Below are positions 29,982 through 45,378 of a DNA stretch of 64,000 nt, one piece after another. Both the position numbers and the translations under genes were made by a program. The notes beneath the pieces were generated by a model. It searched no databases. It was not told the origin of the DNA and was given only the letters and a program-made list of their open reading frames with translations. Every line of letters begins with the position of its first letter. The stretch's first letter is position 1. Origin of the DNA: the human T2T-CHM13v2.0 reference genome, Homo sapiens; NCBI RefSeq assembly GCF_009914755.1, contig NC_060927.1; one strand, written 5' to 3'.

Positions 29982-31880
29982 CTGGTTTTTCTTTTTCTTT
30001 TTCCTTTTTTTTCCCAAAAGTTATTAAGATACAGGTGGTATTTGGTTACCTGAGTAAATTCTTTAGTGGTGATTTGTGAGATTCTGGTGCACCCCTCACC
30101 CAAGCAGTATACATTGCACCATATTTGTAGTCTTTTATCCCTTGTCCCCTCCCACTCTTCCCCCCAAGTCCCCAAAGTCCATTGTATCATCCTTATGCCT
30201 TTGCATTCTCATGGCTTAGCTCCCACATATCAGTGAGAACATACAATGTTTGCTTTTCCATCCCTGAGTTATTTCACTTAGAATAATAGTCTCCAATCTC
30301 ATCTCTAATCTCATCACTGCAAATGCTGTTAATTCATTCCTTTTTATGACTGAGTAGTATTCTATCATATATATATATATAACTTTTTGATGGGATTTTT
30401 TTTCTTACTGATTTGTTTGAGTTCTTTGTAGATTCTGGATATTAGTCCTTTGTCAGATGTATAGAACTGATAAAAGAATTCAGCAAAGTTTCTGGATACA
30501 AGATTAATGTACACAAATCAGTAGCTCTTCTATACACAAACAGCGACCAAGCTGAGAATCAAATCAAGAACTCAACCACTTTTACAATAGCTGCAAAAAA
30601 TAAAATAAAATACTTAGGAATATACCTAACCAAGGACTCGAAAGACCTCTACAAGGAAAACTACAAAACACTGCTGAAATAAATCATAGACAACACAAAC
30701 AAATGGAAGCACATCCCATTCTCATGGATGGGTGGAATCAATATTGTGAAAATGACCATACTGCCAAAAGCAATCTACAAATTCAATGCAAAATACACTC
30801 ATCAAAATACCACCATCAATCTACACAGAATTAGAAAAAACAATTCTAAAATTCATATGGAACAAAAAAAAAAAGAGCCCACATAGCCAAAGCAAGACTA
30901 AGCAAAAAGAACAAATCTGGAGGCATCACACTACCTGATTTAAAACTATACTAAAAAGCCATGGTCGCCAAAACAGCATAGTACTGGTATAAAAATAGGC
31001 ACATAGACCAGTGAAACAGAATAGAGAACCCAGAAATAAACTCAAATACTTACAGCCAACTGATCTTTTTTTTTTTATACTTTAAGTTTTAGGGTACATG
31101 TGCACAATGTGCAGATTAGTTACATATGTATATATGTGACATGCTGGTGCACTGCACCCACTAACTCGTCATCTAGCATTGGATATATCTCCCAATGCTA
31201 TCCCTCTCCCCTCTCCCCACCCCACAACAGTCCCCAGAGTGTGATGTTCCCCTTCCTGTGTCCATGTGTTCTCATTGTTCAATTCCCACCTATGAGTGAG
31301 AATATGCGGTGTTTGGTTTTTTGTTCTTGCGATAGTTTACTGAGAATGATGATTTCCAATTTCATCCATGTCCCTACAAAGGACATGAACTCATCATTAT
31401 TTATGGCTGCATAGTATTCCATGGTCAGAAAATGTGGCAGCCAATTGATCTTTGACAAAGCAAACAAAAACATAAAGTGAGGAAAGGACACTCTTTTCAA
31501 CAAATGGTGCTGGGATAATTGGCTAGCCACATATGGGAGAATAAAATTGGATCCTCATCTCTCACCTTACACAAAAAGCAACTCAAGATGGATTAAGGAC
31601 TTAAACCTAAGACCTGAAACTATAAAAATTCCAGAAGATAGCATCGAAAAACCCTTCTAGACATTGTCTTAGGCAAGGATTTCATGACCAAAAACCCAAA
31701 AGCAAATGTAATAAAAACAAAGATAAATAGTTGGGACTTAATTAAACTAAAGAGCTTTTACAGAGCAAAAGTAAACACAGCAGAGTAAAGAACACAGCAG
31801 AGTATAGAGACAACAGAGTAAAGAGACAACCCACAGAGTGGAAGAAAATCTTCACAATCTATACATCTGGTTTTTCTTTT
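29982..31880 (-). mobile_element. 5'-inverted (twin-primed) L1PB-type insertion
   Basis: TSD 'ctggtttttctttt' (29982-29995 / 31867-31880). Antisense 3' segment to ~30465, then sense ORF2 segment 30462-31869. Endonuclease site TTTT/AA at the right TSD. Confidence 0.92.
31053..31453 (-). mobile_element. 5'-truncated L1PA2-like 3' end nested in the L1PB
   Basis: Poly-T; 'cactaactcgtcatctagcatt..cccaatgc' (L1PA2-type); TSD cagccaactgatcttt / cagccaattgatcttt. Confidence 0.93.
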
Positions 31881-33091
31881 AATGAGAGAAAGGAAGAACT
31901 CAGTCAAGCTCTATGAGAAAGCTTATACCCAGAAGAGTGTTCTGGCCCCCACCACACACACATAGTGTGGGTCTCACTCCCAAACACACTTTTTCCTCAA
32001 AATAGGGAAGTGAGGCTCATTAGAGTTCATTATGGTCATAAAGAGAAAGTTACTATGTAGAAGGAAATGATGGAAGCAAATGACATGATGTGTTAGGTTG
32101 CTGGAAAAGTAAATGCAGTTTTTGCCATTAAAAGTAATGGCAAAGGCTGCTTGCTTCAAAAGAGTTTTCATTTCTTGTCCCTCATTCTTTGGAACACATC
32201 TTTAGAGCAGGTAAAGGGCAGATGTTGCTGCATAACAAGTAAACTATTTCCAAATTGCTCTCAAAAAGTTGGGTCAATAGTCATCCACAGTTAGCGGGCA
32301 CTTCCATGAGCTGAGAAAATTCCATTACTGGGGTTTCTGCTGGTCACATGAAGTGGTCAGGCTACAGTGGGTGGTTCAAACTAAGCAGTCCAACTGCAAT
32401 ATTATAAGATTCAGAATGAGAGAGAGAGGAAGAGTCTAATGAAACTCTGGGGATAGAATCTGAGTTGGTTTAAATTTTAGTTGATGGCAATGGTAAGAAA
32501 GAAAATAACTGTATACAATTTAAAATATACTGAAAGTACTGTATCATATTAGAAAATTGGAGTTTTGTTAAGTCTCTGAGTGCTTTAGTTATTTAAAACG
32601 ATTTAAAATAGAAAGATTATGTTTTCAATATGTCTCCTTTGTCCCACATGACTTAGATCATGTAACTCAATTGCAGATCATCCAATAGCACCTCGCTTTA
32701 ATTGCAGGGCAAAGATGCAAGAGGAAAGCATAAAAGAACTGCACCCCTAAAGCTATAGAGAGATGGCAACTGATATAGTTTTTAGGAATGCCCCAGGAAT
32801 ATTTTAGGTAAAGCATAACCTACCCTACTAATTTGTTTTTCCAGAATTTCCTTGAGTTTACTTATAATCTTTTAAAGAGATGCCCTGGCAACTACATTCT
32901 GCTATGTAATTCAGTAGTTTTCACAAAGCTCTGCCTATATAAGGCTTCTCTGTGACCAGTGTCACTGATTTTCAATTCATTCATTCATGAAAATTATTTT
33001 TCTCTAATTAAACCTGATACACATAATTGGCTTCATAACAGTTCTTTATTAACGATATTCTTACTATTGGTCAGTGCCTGAACTACTTTTA

Positions 33092-33413
<322 letters not shown>

Positions 33414-33419
33414 GTACTA

Positions 33420-35520
<2,101 letters not shown>

Positions 35521-35524
35521 TTCT

Positions 35525-36490
35525 TCTCTTTCTCACTCATCCTGGGTGATCTCTTCCAGTTCCATGGCTTGAGTTACTGTCTAGACTATCCTAATTAATG
35601 TATCCAACTGTCTCCTGTACCTCTTGATCTGAATATTACACAAGTACCTAACACTCAACATGTCCAAAACCCATCATCTTGTCTTACCTCTCATCTCATA
35701 CCTGATCCTCCATCATTTTCTAACTCTGTGAATGGCACCACTATGCATGTGGCTAAACCCAAAAAAATGGAATCATTTTTGACCCTCTCTCCTACCACAA
35801 CTCTCTTGGCCATCAAGTCCTACTGATTCATTAATAACACTTTAGCCCAACTCTTTTTCTCACCAGTTCTACCAACCCTCATCATCTCTCACCTGTCTTA
35901 CTGCTGTAAGTTCCTAAACTATTACCTGTATCCGGTCTTGCTTTCTCCTAATCCCTCTTTCATGCCACAGCCAGAAGAGCCTCTCTAAACTCTAAAGTTC
36001 TCACATAGTACCCATGGAAAATTCCCTTAGCGGTTCTCCATGATTTCTAGAAAAAGCCTACATTGGTTGCATGGGGCAATGTCTAAGAGTTGGGCCCTTT
36101 TGGATCTGGTCCCCATGATGCCTCAGCTTCATCTCCTGTTCTCCCTGCTCCAACACTCGGTTCTCTGGCCCTCCTGGGTCCTTGCAGTTCCACAAATACC
36201 TGATGCTCTCTCTTTCAAAGGTTTTTGTGCATGCTATTTCCCCTCTCATTGGTGTGATTTCCTTCCCCATTCCCTCCCATCCTTGTCTGGATAACCCCCA
36301 CCAGTTCTTTAGGACTCAGCTTAGAAATTACTTCCTCCAGGAAGACTTCACCATGCTCTAATTGGCCTTGCCTGTTTTCCCCGCTCCCTGAGAGCAGGAA
36401 AATTTCATATCATGTTTATATCCCCAGAACCCAGTGTAGTGGCTGACATAAGGTAAAGCCACAATGAATGGTTTGGAAATGTAGAGTGAA
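35525..36490 (+). mobile_element. LINE-2 3' region
   Basis: 'caacatgtccaaaacc', 'ctcagcttagaaattacttcctccaggaag' and an L2-like terminus. Confidence 0.7.
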
Positions 36491-37772
36491 TCAGTACTGC
36501 TCCCTTTACCCATAGCTCTGATTTATTAATAATCCTGTCTTTCAAAACACCTTTCAATGCCTTCCTAATCTCTCCCCACTATGATATGCCCCATCCCTTT
36601 GTTTACATCTTTCCCTGGCACATGTCCCACAGGATTTGGGCTTTTGTCTAATCCTGTCTACCAGCTGCTTGAAAACCAGGGTTTGGCCTCATCAATCTTG
36701 GTGTTCTTACCACTGGTGGCCCAGGGCCAAGCACATAACCAGCGTCAAATAGATATCCAAAATAATACCATTGAATTCTCTCCTGGAGCCACAAACCAAG
36801 CAGAGAACATACTTTAGATTCTTCTGGAACTGCATTAGCATTCAAAGTAGAAAGACTTCTTCCGCCAGCATCTCCACCTGCACAGGCTTCAGCCTCCATC
36901 TCCCAAATGCTTCTTCAGTTTTATAGTGGAAGTCTCTGGAACAATGTTATTCATTTTACATAACTCTCTTCACAGAAAAAGTCTCTTCATCTTTCTATTC
37001 TGTACTGCAAGGTGCACCTGCACATTTTCTTGGCTTTGTTTTGGGTGTTTTTTAAAAAAGAAGCCTTGGTATGGCATTTAGTCTAGGTTTTCCTTCCTAG
37101 AAATATCACCCTTCTCCTCCACAGCTGTTTATGAGTTTCACACTCTGCCATTTAAATATTAATGTTATGGAAACAGAGGAGAAAAATCGGTCTCTCATCT
37201 GATATGCAATGTTGAGGGAAATTAAGATTAATAAATGGTGACAAGCACTATGGAGGACATAAAAGTTAAATTGCCTTGGACTATTTTCAGAAGTTGTTTG
37301 AGCAATGAGTATTTTATTGGATGCCCCATAACTATGATCATTCTAAAAGCCTAATTTCTGACTACAGATCTCAAATGATAATTCAAACCTTAGCTTTCCC
37401 CTCAGAGCACTTGCATTCTGCAAGTCATATGTAGGGAAATCCTTGATGGGGTGAAACTGAGAAATGCCTGGAAATTAGGTTTCCTTAATGAAATCTCAAG
37501 CAGCCACTGTCCTGGGGAAAGGCAAATTTTAAGCCTAAACATTTAAGTAATAAATTTATGTGTAACAGGTGAAAATATCTAAATGATTAACTAGAATTTT
37601 TCACTTATTCAGCCAGATAAATCACATCATAGACACACTGGCACACCCTGGTCATAGCTGGGCTTACCCCAGTAAACTGCAGAGGAAGGGGGCCCTCAAG
37701 CTCCTGTCCTGTGTTTTGTCCTCACAACCTCCATTCTGCGTAACTTCCTAGGGCTATTGATGAAAATATAAG

Positions 37773-38330
37773 GCAGTAATTCCCAAAGTGTGGTCCCTGG
37801 ACCAACAGCATCAACATCACCTGGGAACTTGTTAGAAATGCAGATTTTCAGGCTCTGGCCCAGACCTACCAAATCAGAAACTCTGGAGATGAGGCTCAGT
37901 AGCTTCTGTTTAGCAAGCCCTCCAGAAGATTCTGACATGTCTTCAAGTTTGAAAACTACTGATTCTTAACCCTGGCTTCACGTTCATATCACCTGGTGAA
38001 GTGTTTTTTCCAAAAAATGGATGCCAAGGTGCTATCGCTCAGAGATTCTGATTTAATAGGTTTGGGGTGAGGCCAACTCATTGGTATGTTTTAAAAGGTC
38101 CCCCAGATGATTCTAACATGCAGCCTAGGTTGAGAATCTGATTTCAGCCTCCAATTTCTTATTCTAGTGATGGCAACAATCTCAGAAATGGGCTCTTGGC
38201 TTCTAGTTGTTTCCCTGCTTCTGTTCTCCACCCTCCCCAACTCCAAAGTTTCTGTAGGTCTGGTGCGGGGCCAAAGAATTTGCCTTTCTAACAAGTTCCC
38301 AGGGGATGATGATGCTGTTGGTTAGGCTTC
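37773..38330. mobile_element. Cluster of three MER5-family (hAT-Charlie) MITEs
   Basis: MER5A-like 37773-37961, MER5B-like 37962-38137, reverse fragment ~38235-38325. Confidence 0.8.
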
Positions 38331-38564
38331 TAGCCCATGCATTCTCTAGTCACTCTGCCTAGGTTGGAATGGAATTACAGTAATAAACTTACCTTGCAGG
38401 ACCACTAGCTTCCTGCAGATCCCCCTACCTGTTTTGCAGAGTCCCCTGCTCCTGACCAGAAGGCAGTGTAAGGTTACAGTCAATAGTGCAGCCTCAGGGT
38501 CCTGACCATAGAGTTTAATCCCATAAATTATTCGTGCCCTAGTACCCCATTCATTAAAAAGCGA

Positions 38565-38966
38565 TGCTATACTTTGAAAGTGTCCCCGTAAGTTCATGTG
38601 TTGGAAACTTAATCCCCAATCCAACAGTGTTGAAAGGTGGGAACTTTAAAAGATGATTAGGTCATGAGTGCTTGGCCCTCATGAATGGATTAATGTCATT
38701 ATTTCAGGAGTGGGTTAGTTATAGGGGGAGTGGGTGCCTGATAAAAGAATGGGCTCAGCCCCCTTTTGCTCTTTCTCTCTGGTGCTTGTTCTCTTGCCCT
38801 TCCACCTTCCGCCAGTGGGATGATGCAGCAAGAAGCCCCTTGCCAGATGCCAGCCCCTTGAGCTTAGACTTCCCAGCCTTCAGATCCATACAAAATAAAT
38901 GTATTTTAATTATAAATTTCCCAGCCTGTGGTATTCTGTTATAGCAACACACGACAGACTAAAACA
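38565..38966 (+). mobile_element. MaLR LTR (MSTB/MSTD-like) inserted in a MIR
   Basis: 'tgctatactttgaaagtgtcccc...gtattctgttatagcaacac..gactaaaaca'. Confidence 0.82.
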
Positions 38967-39237
38967 GGATGATAATATAGGACCAACCAGATGGGGTAGC
39001 TGTGAGAATTAAAGATATTAATATATACAGCACACATTTAAAAAGTACCTAGCACATACTGAGTGCTCAAAATATTTACACTACTTACAAACTTATAGAG
39101 TTATAATTGTAACTTATAAATAGTTATAATTAGAGGAAAAAAACAGCTCTAATTATTTTATAGTCCCTCCCTTCCCGGAGTCCAGACACTAACGCCCAGA
39201 GGTCCATGCTGATAGGTAAATCCAAAGGGTGTATACT

Positions 39238-39556
<319 letters not shown>

Positions 39557-39759
39557 CTATCCATACTCAGAATCACTCATCCCCTTTCTCTCCCCCAAAA
39601 AAATTTATGGAGGGTCTATTAATGGACATCTGTGAGTTTGATAAATGTTCTCAGAGAGGCCCGACCCATTAGTCATGCCTAAGCATAACAGCACTTCTTG
39701 GAAGCAAGTGAGGAGCACAACCACTAAGCAAGTGGGAGAAACTTTGAGACTATTATAAA

Positions 39760-40320
39760 ATCACATTATGATCATATCACACTGCTTAAAATTATTCCAT
39801 GATTCCCTTCTGCTTTAGGAATAAACCCAAATTGTTTATCATGACTTAATGGGTCCCGCCCCCTTTTCAGCTTCTCACCCCATAATGAACCACTTAGACT
39901 TTTTTTTTCCCAAAAACACTCTGCCCTGTGAAGCCAGAGTGTCTTGCCCCTCTTCCTTCTGCTACCAAGGGTCCTTCCCCCATCTTGCACAGTCAGCAAA
40001 TTTACATTTATTGTACAATTTACTCAAAGTTACCTCTGCCTTAGAACCTTCCTGATGCACTGTCCCCTCTTCCCCCTAGAAGAATTGATTGACAGAGTTG
40101 ATCATCCCCTCCTCTGTCATTTCCATGCCCCATGCAATCCAGTGTGGTGCTGATGAGCCCCTGGGCTGCCACTATCTATTCACAGCCTCTCTCCACTGCT
40201 GGACTGTGAGCTAAGTCAAAGCTGGAACCATGTTCTGGTCATCCTTGATACCCACACCAAGCACAGTCCCTAGCCCACATTAGAGGCTTCATTGTTAGGA
40301 GAATTGGTGAATCAATGAAG
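39760..40320 (+). mobile_element. LINE-2 3' fragment
   Basis: 'atcacactgcttaaaattattccatgattccc', 'gactgtgagct', 'gcacagtccctagcccaca'. Confidence 0.65.
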
Positions 40321-40521
40321 GATGGGGGAGGGAAGAAATATGCAGTAGATTCTAGGTAAGTAAACTGAAGTCAGTTCCTAGAGGATCAGGGAAAACCAGG
40401 AAAGAAGAAATCAGGTGTAGGGTGCAGAAGGGGGAAGGAGTGGCCAGCACAGCTGACCCTGAAACCAGCAAGTGCATGGGCCCTAGAGGGAAAGTCTAGA
40501 TGCCTGTGTTAGTTAGTATAG

Positions 40522-41188
40522 CAGCAGTTCTCAAACACTTTTGTATCTTTTTTATATTCTCAAAAATTATTGACAACCCCAAAGTGCTTTTAGATACATG
40601 GATTACATCTTTCCATAATTACTATATTTGAAATCAAAATGGGGAAATTTTTCAACAATTTTTTTATTAATTCATTTAAAAGTAACAATACGCTGGGTGT
40701 GGTGGCTCCTGCCTATAGTCCTAGCAACTCAGGAAGCTGAGGCAAGAGGACCATTTGAGCCCAGGAGTTGGAGGCTGTTGTGAACTATGATCGCATCACT
40801 GCATTGCAGCCTGGGTGACAGCAAGATCCTGTTTCTAGAATAGAAATAATAATAATAAACATGCAAACATAAATGTTTTTATTTTAAGAATAACTATTTT
40901 CAAAAACTTTTTATTGGGAAGAGTAGCATTGTTTTGCACTTTTGTGAACCCCTTTAATATCTGGTTTAATAGAAGACAGCTGTATTTGGTATCTGCTTCT
41001 GCATTCAATCTGTTGTGATATGACTCATCATGTAGCCTAAAGAAAACCCAGCTATGCACTTATGAATGAATGAGAGTGGAAAAGGCAAATAAAGTTTAGG
41101 GCAGTTATGAAAATAGTCTTGATCTCATGGGCCCTCTGAAAGAGTCTCAGACCCCCAGTAGCCCCTAGATCACACTTTGAGATCTGCT
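40522..41188 (-). mobile_element. hAT-Charlie DNA element (MER119/Charlie1-like) containing an Alu monomer (~40692-40860)
   Basis: TIR-like ends 'cagcagttctcaaa' / 'tttgagatctgctg'. Confidence 0.75.
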
Positions 41189-41520
41189 GAATTAGGATAT
41201 AGGTCATCTGTGATCACAGAGACTGAGATAACAGTGACTTGAATAAGATAAAAGTATATTTCTCTCTCACCTAATTTCTTGAAGTAAGTAGCACCCATCA
41301 GTCATGGTACTTTTTCTGTTTTTTCTACCATCTTGGGGAAACATGGCCCAAAATGTCTCTCCAGTACTATTTCTACACTCCAGCCAGCAGGAAAGGGAGG
41401 ACACACCCTGACCCTTCAAGTGCATGTTCCAGAAGTTGTACTTATCACTCCTTCTCACATTCCATGGCCCAACCTTGGAAAAAAGCCATTATTGCACTAC
41501 AAAGGAGTCTGGGAAATATC

Positions 41521-41817
41521 TTTTTTTAATTTTTTATTTTTAGAGACAGCATCTCACTCTGTCACCCGGGTTAGGGTGCAGTGGTACAATCACTATAATT
41601 AAACTCCTGGGGTCACGCAATCTTCCTGTTTCAGCCTATTAAGTAGATGAGACTGCAGATGTGTGCCACCATGCCTGGGTAATTGTTTTACTTTTTTATA
41701 CAGATGGGCATCTTACTGTGTTGCACAGGCTGGTCTTGAACTCCCAGCCTCAATCAATCCTCTCACCTTGGCCTCCAAAAGTGCCAGGATTACAGGCATA
41801 AGCCACTGTGCCTGGCC
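41521..41817 (-). mobile_element. Alu (AluJ-like) within an old MLT1 LTR (~41190-41900)
   Basis: Reverse Alu; TSD-like ggaaatatctt / ggaagtatctt. Confidence 0.92.
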
Positions 41818-42487
41818 AAGGAAGTATCTTTAATCTGGTTGACCATATGCTCTGTCACTATAGAAGGTGAGAACAGACATGGGGATAATTCCCATTCACT
41901 TCTACATTGCCCTTTCCTCATAGGCCCTGCTAGGCACAGGGCCTGGGAGGAGATTGAGCAAGCCAGGGCTTACCTTACTACTGCCCAGAAGGTCAGGAGA
42001 GCTGGTCCTTGCAAGGATCAAGACTCACATGGTAAGATGTCTTGGCCTGTGCACCTCACAAAAACAATGCTAACAGAAAACAAGGTCTCAAAGCAAGCTG
42101 GCCCTCAGATAGGAGGCAGAAGCTCACATAAGGAGCAAGAGACAGGAGCTAGGGAGCAATCACAGTGGAAATGCCCTGGTTAAGAGGAAAACTGCCATGC
42201 TGTAGCCACAAATGAGGCGCTGGTTAGGATAAAGGCCAAAATTACCAACACAGTTCTCAAGCCCCTGCATGATACCAAACTCACTCCTATCCCCAACCCC
42301 CATCCCCAGCTACATCTCATGCCAGTCTCCCCCTCACTCCCTACATTTCCGTCACATTGAACTTTTCATAGCTTGCAAGGTGTAATTTAGTCTTTCTTGT
42401 CTCAGGGCCTTTGCATGTGCTGTTCAATCTCCTGAAACACTCTCTTTCCCATCACTGTGTGGCCTACACTGACTCATTCTTCAGGTC

Positions 42488-43048
42488 TGTGGAATTAAAA
42501 AAAAAAAATTAAAAAAAAAAATGAGAACAAGCAAAGGCCATTTATCCAGAGCTTGTTTTAGCAAGGGAGTCAGCCATTACCACCTGTGTTTTGGCAGATA
42601 CTCAGAGGCAGGCAGGGGAGTGGGAAAGCTTTATAGTGGAAAAAGGAAAGACCTCAAGTGTGCCCTGATTAGAGACTGTTGGCATGGGGAAGCTGTAGGT
42701 GGGACTGCTAGAAGGTGTCCTATGTGATTGGTTGGGGTGCATACTTGGCTTTCTCCAGTTGCTCCTAAGTTGAAAGTAGGGACAAAAAATTAGGGAGGTT
42801 GTCAGTTATCGATGAAGTTCTGGCCATTTGGGGCCAATTATAAGGGTTATTATTTGGCTTCCTGGGCTGGTTAATAGAGATAGTGGTCCAACTTCCTACA
42901 AGTCTGCTTTATGGACGGTAGGCTGGCTTCCTAGGCTGGTTACTGCAGATAATTGGTTAGTTTCCAGAGCTGGTTGCTGCAGATTGTGGGTGAGTGTTCT
43001 ATTTTATATATGGTCTTATTACTGTCCATTTGTATATTCAATCTCTCA
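42488..43048 (-). mobile_element. Solo ERV1 LTR (MER89/MER90-like) inserted in L2 (~42230-43640)
   Basis: TG..CA ends; minus strand begins 'tgagagattgaatatacaaatggac...gaccatatataaaatagaac'. Confidence 0.7.
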
Positions 43049-43298
43049 GCCTTCCGTTCATAGCATTTCCTGCTGGAAGCCTTCCCCAACTCCCAGACCA
43101 GGGTAGCTTCACCTGTAATATGATCCTGGAGCTCCATGAACTTCTCTTTCCTGAGAGCAAACTTGTAATTATTTGCCCAATAGACTGCAAGCTCTACAAG
43201 GATAGGAACTATATTTGTATTATTCATTTTACTATGCCCGGCACCAGGCAAAGTGCTTAGCATATATTAATAGTAGAGACTCAGTAATAAGTTATGTA

Positions 43299-43590
<292 letters not shown>

Positions 43591-45001
43591 GTATTATGTG
43601 GATGGATAGATGAATTAATGGTTGGATTGATGTCAGTCTTTTTCAGAGCTGAGAACAGTGTTCTGTTGCTTCTCAACTGACAAATTTCCAGGACCCTCTA
43701 TGAAGAGTAGATGAAGGCATGAATGAGTCCTTTCTTAGTTCTACACTCTGAGCATTTCAACAGAACTCTTCACCAGTCAAAATCAGATCCCATTCTGGCT
43801 TGAGCCAGCAAAGGTGTGAGCTGTTTCAAGTTTAGTCAATTCTCCACCCAGATGTCTGAGACCTGACATCAGCCTCAGGGTTGCTATCCTGGGTTACACT
43901 TCCTTGTAAGCATGGATCACTGACAATATTCGATAAAATATTCCAATGGGTCCTGGTGCTACCCATTTAGCAAGAAGATTACTTGTGTTGAAGTTCTGGC
44001 ATAAAACTGCCAGCTGTAACATATCTTGCTGTTCTGACCCACTGATGACCGACAGTGCTCTATGTATGGGCTGTTTTCTTTTATTTTCCATCCTCCAAAG
44101 ATTGTCAGAATTCTGCCTGGCTAAGCAATAAATCCATCTTTTCAGGAATCAATTGCAGTGACTGGCTGCAAAACCTGGAAATCTAATTAACTGCAAAATA
44201 AATAAAAAATACACTGAAGCTGTGGCATAAATCAGCTAGAAAATATTCTGGATATTAAAATAAACAAGGAAATTTTTCAACTTCATTTGTCTTCTTTTCC
44301 ATTTTTAAACCCTGTTATTGATAAATTTAGCCTTGGTTCCAATTTTGTCTTAGCCATGATTTGTTCAAGTATAGATCTGTTGGGATGGCTATCTCTGTTC
44401 TAATTATACCCTGCAGGCACTCTCTAGAGAAGCCAACTCGGCTAGGATTACCTTGCTACCATATGTAAAACTTTAGGCCCTCCTTGCCTTCATCTTTTTA
44501 CACCACATGTGTTCTTAAAGGGGCATAAATCTGCTCTAACATTGTGTGGGAAATATGAGTTATTTTGGCTTTCTGGAACATTTTGAAAAGGACAGAGTTT
44601 CTATCAGTTGCATCAATGGGCTGAGCAAAGGGCCTTATGCCTCATTGCTGCTCAGGTCTGCTGGGCTGGAGCCATCACAAATGGAGCCCATGGGCACTAG
44701 ACAATCTTCATAGTGTGGAAAGTGGGTCAAGTACCTGATGGCAATGAGCCTCACTCCCTGTGGCATCACCTGGTCTCTGTCAAGGCACCAAGTAACCTGA
44801 GGAGACCACTCGAGAGAGCACAGACCAGCAAAGACACTGAGGGAAATGGCTCCTTGAGCTCCCATCAAGAATGGGAACATATGTCCATTTCCTGCGGGTG
44901 CACTATTAGCATAGCGGGGTTGTAATCCCTATTCATAACCTGAAACAGCTGGGGGCAACACAGCAACACAGAGATCTCATGGCTAGGGTCCAGATTAGGG
45001 G

Positions 45002-45378
45002 TGTATTAGTCCATTTTCATGCTGTTGATAAAGACATACCTGAGACTGGGTAATTTATAAAGAAAAATAGGTTTAATGGACTCATAGTTCCACATGGCTG
45101 GGGAGGCCTCACAATCATGGTGAAAGGTGAAAGGCACGTCTTAGTGAAAGGCACGTCTTACAGGGTGGCAGACAAGAGAGAATGAGAGCCAAGCAAAAGA
45201 GGAAACCCCTCATAAAATCATTATATCTTCTGAGACTTATTCTCTACCACGAGAACAGTATGGGAGAAACTGCCCCATGATTCAATTATCTCCCACCTGG
45301 TCTCTCCCATGACATGTGGGAATGATAGGAGCACATTTCAAGATGAGATTTGGATGGGAACACAGCCAAACCATATCA
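45002..45378 (-). mobile_element. THE1-family MaLR solo LTR inserted in a MIR
   Basis: 'tgtattagtccattttcatgctg...acacagccaaaccatatca'. Confidence 0.92.
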
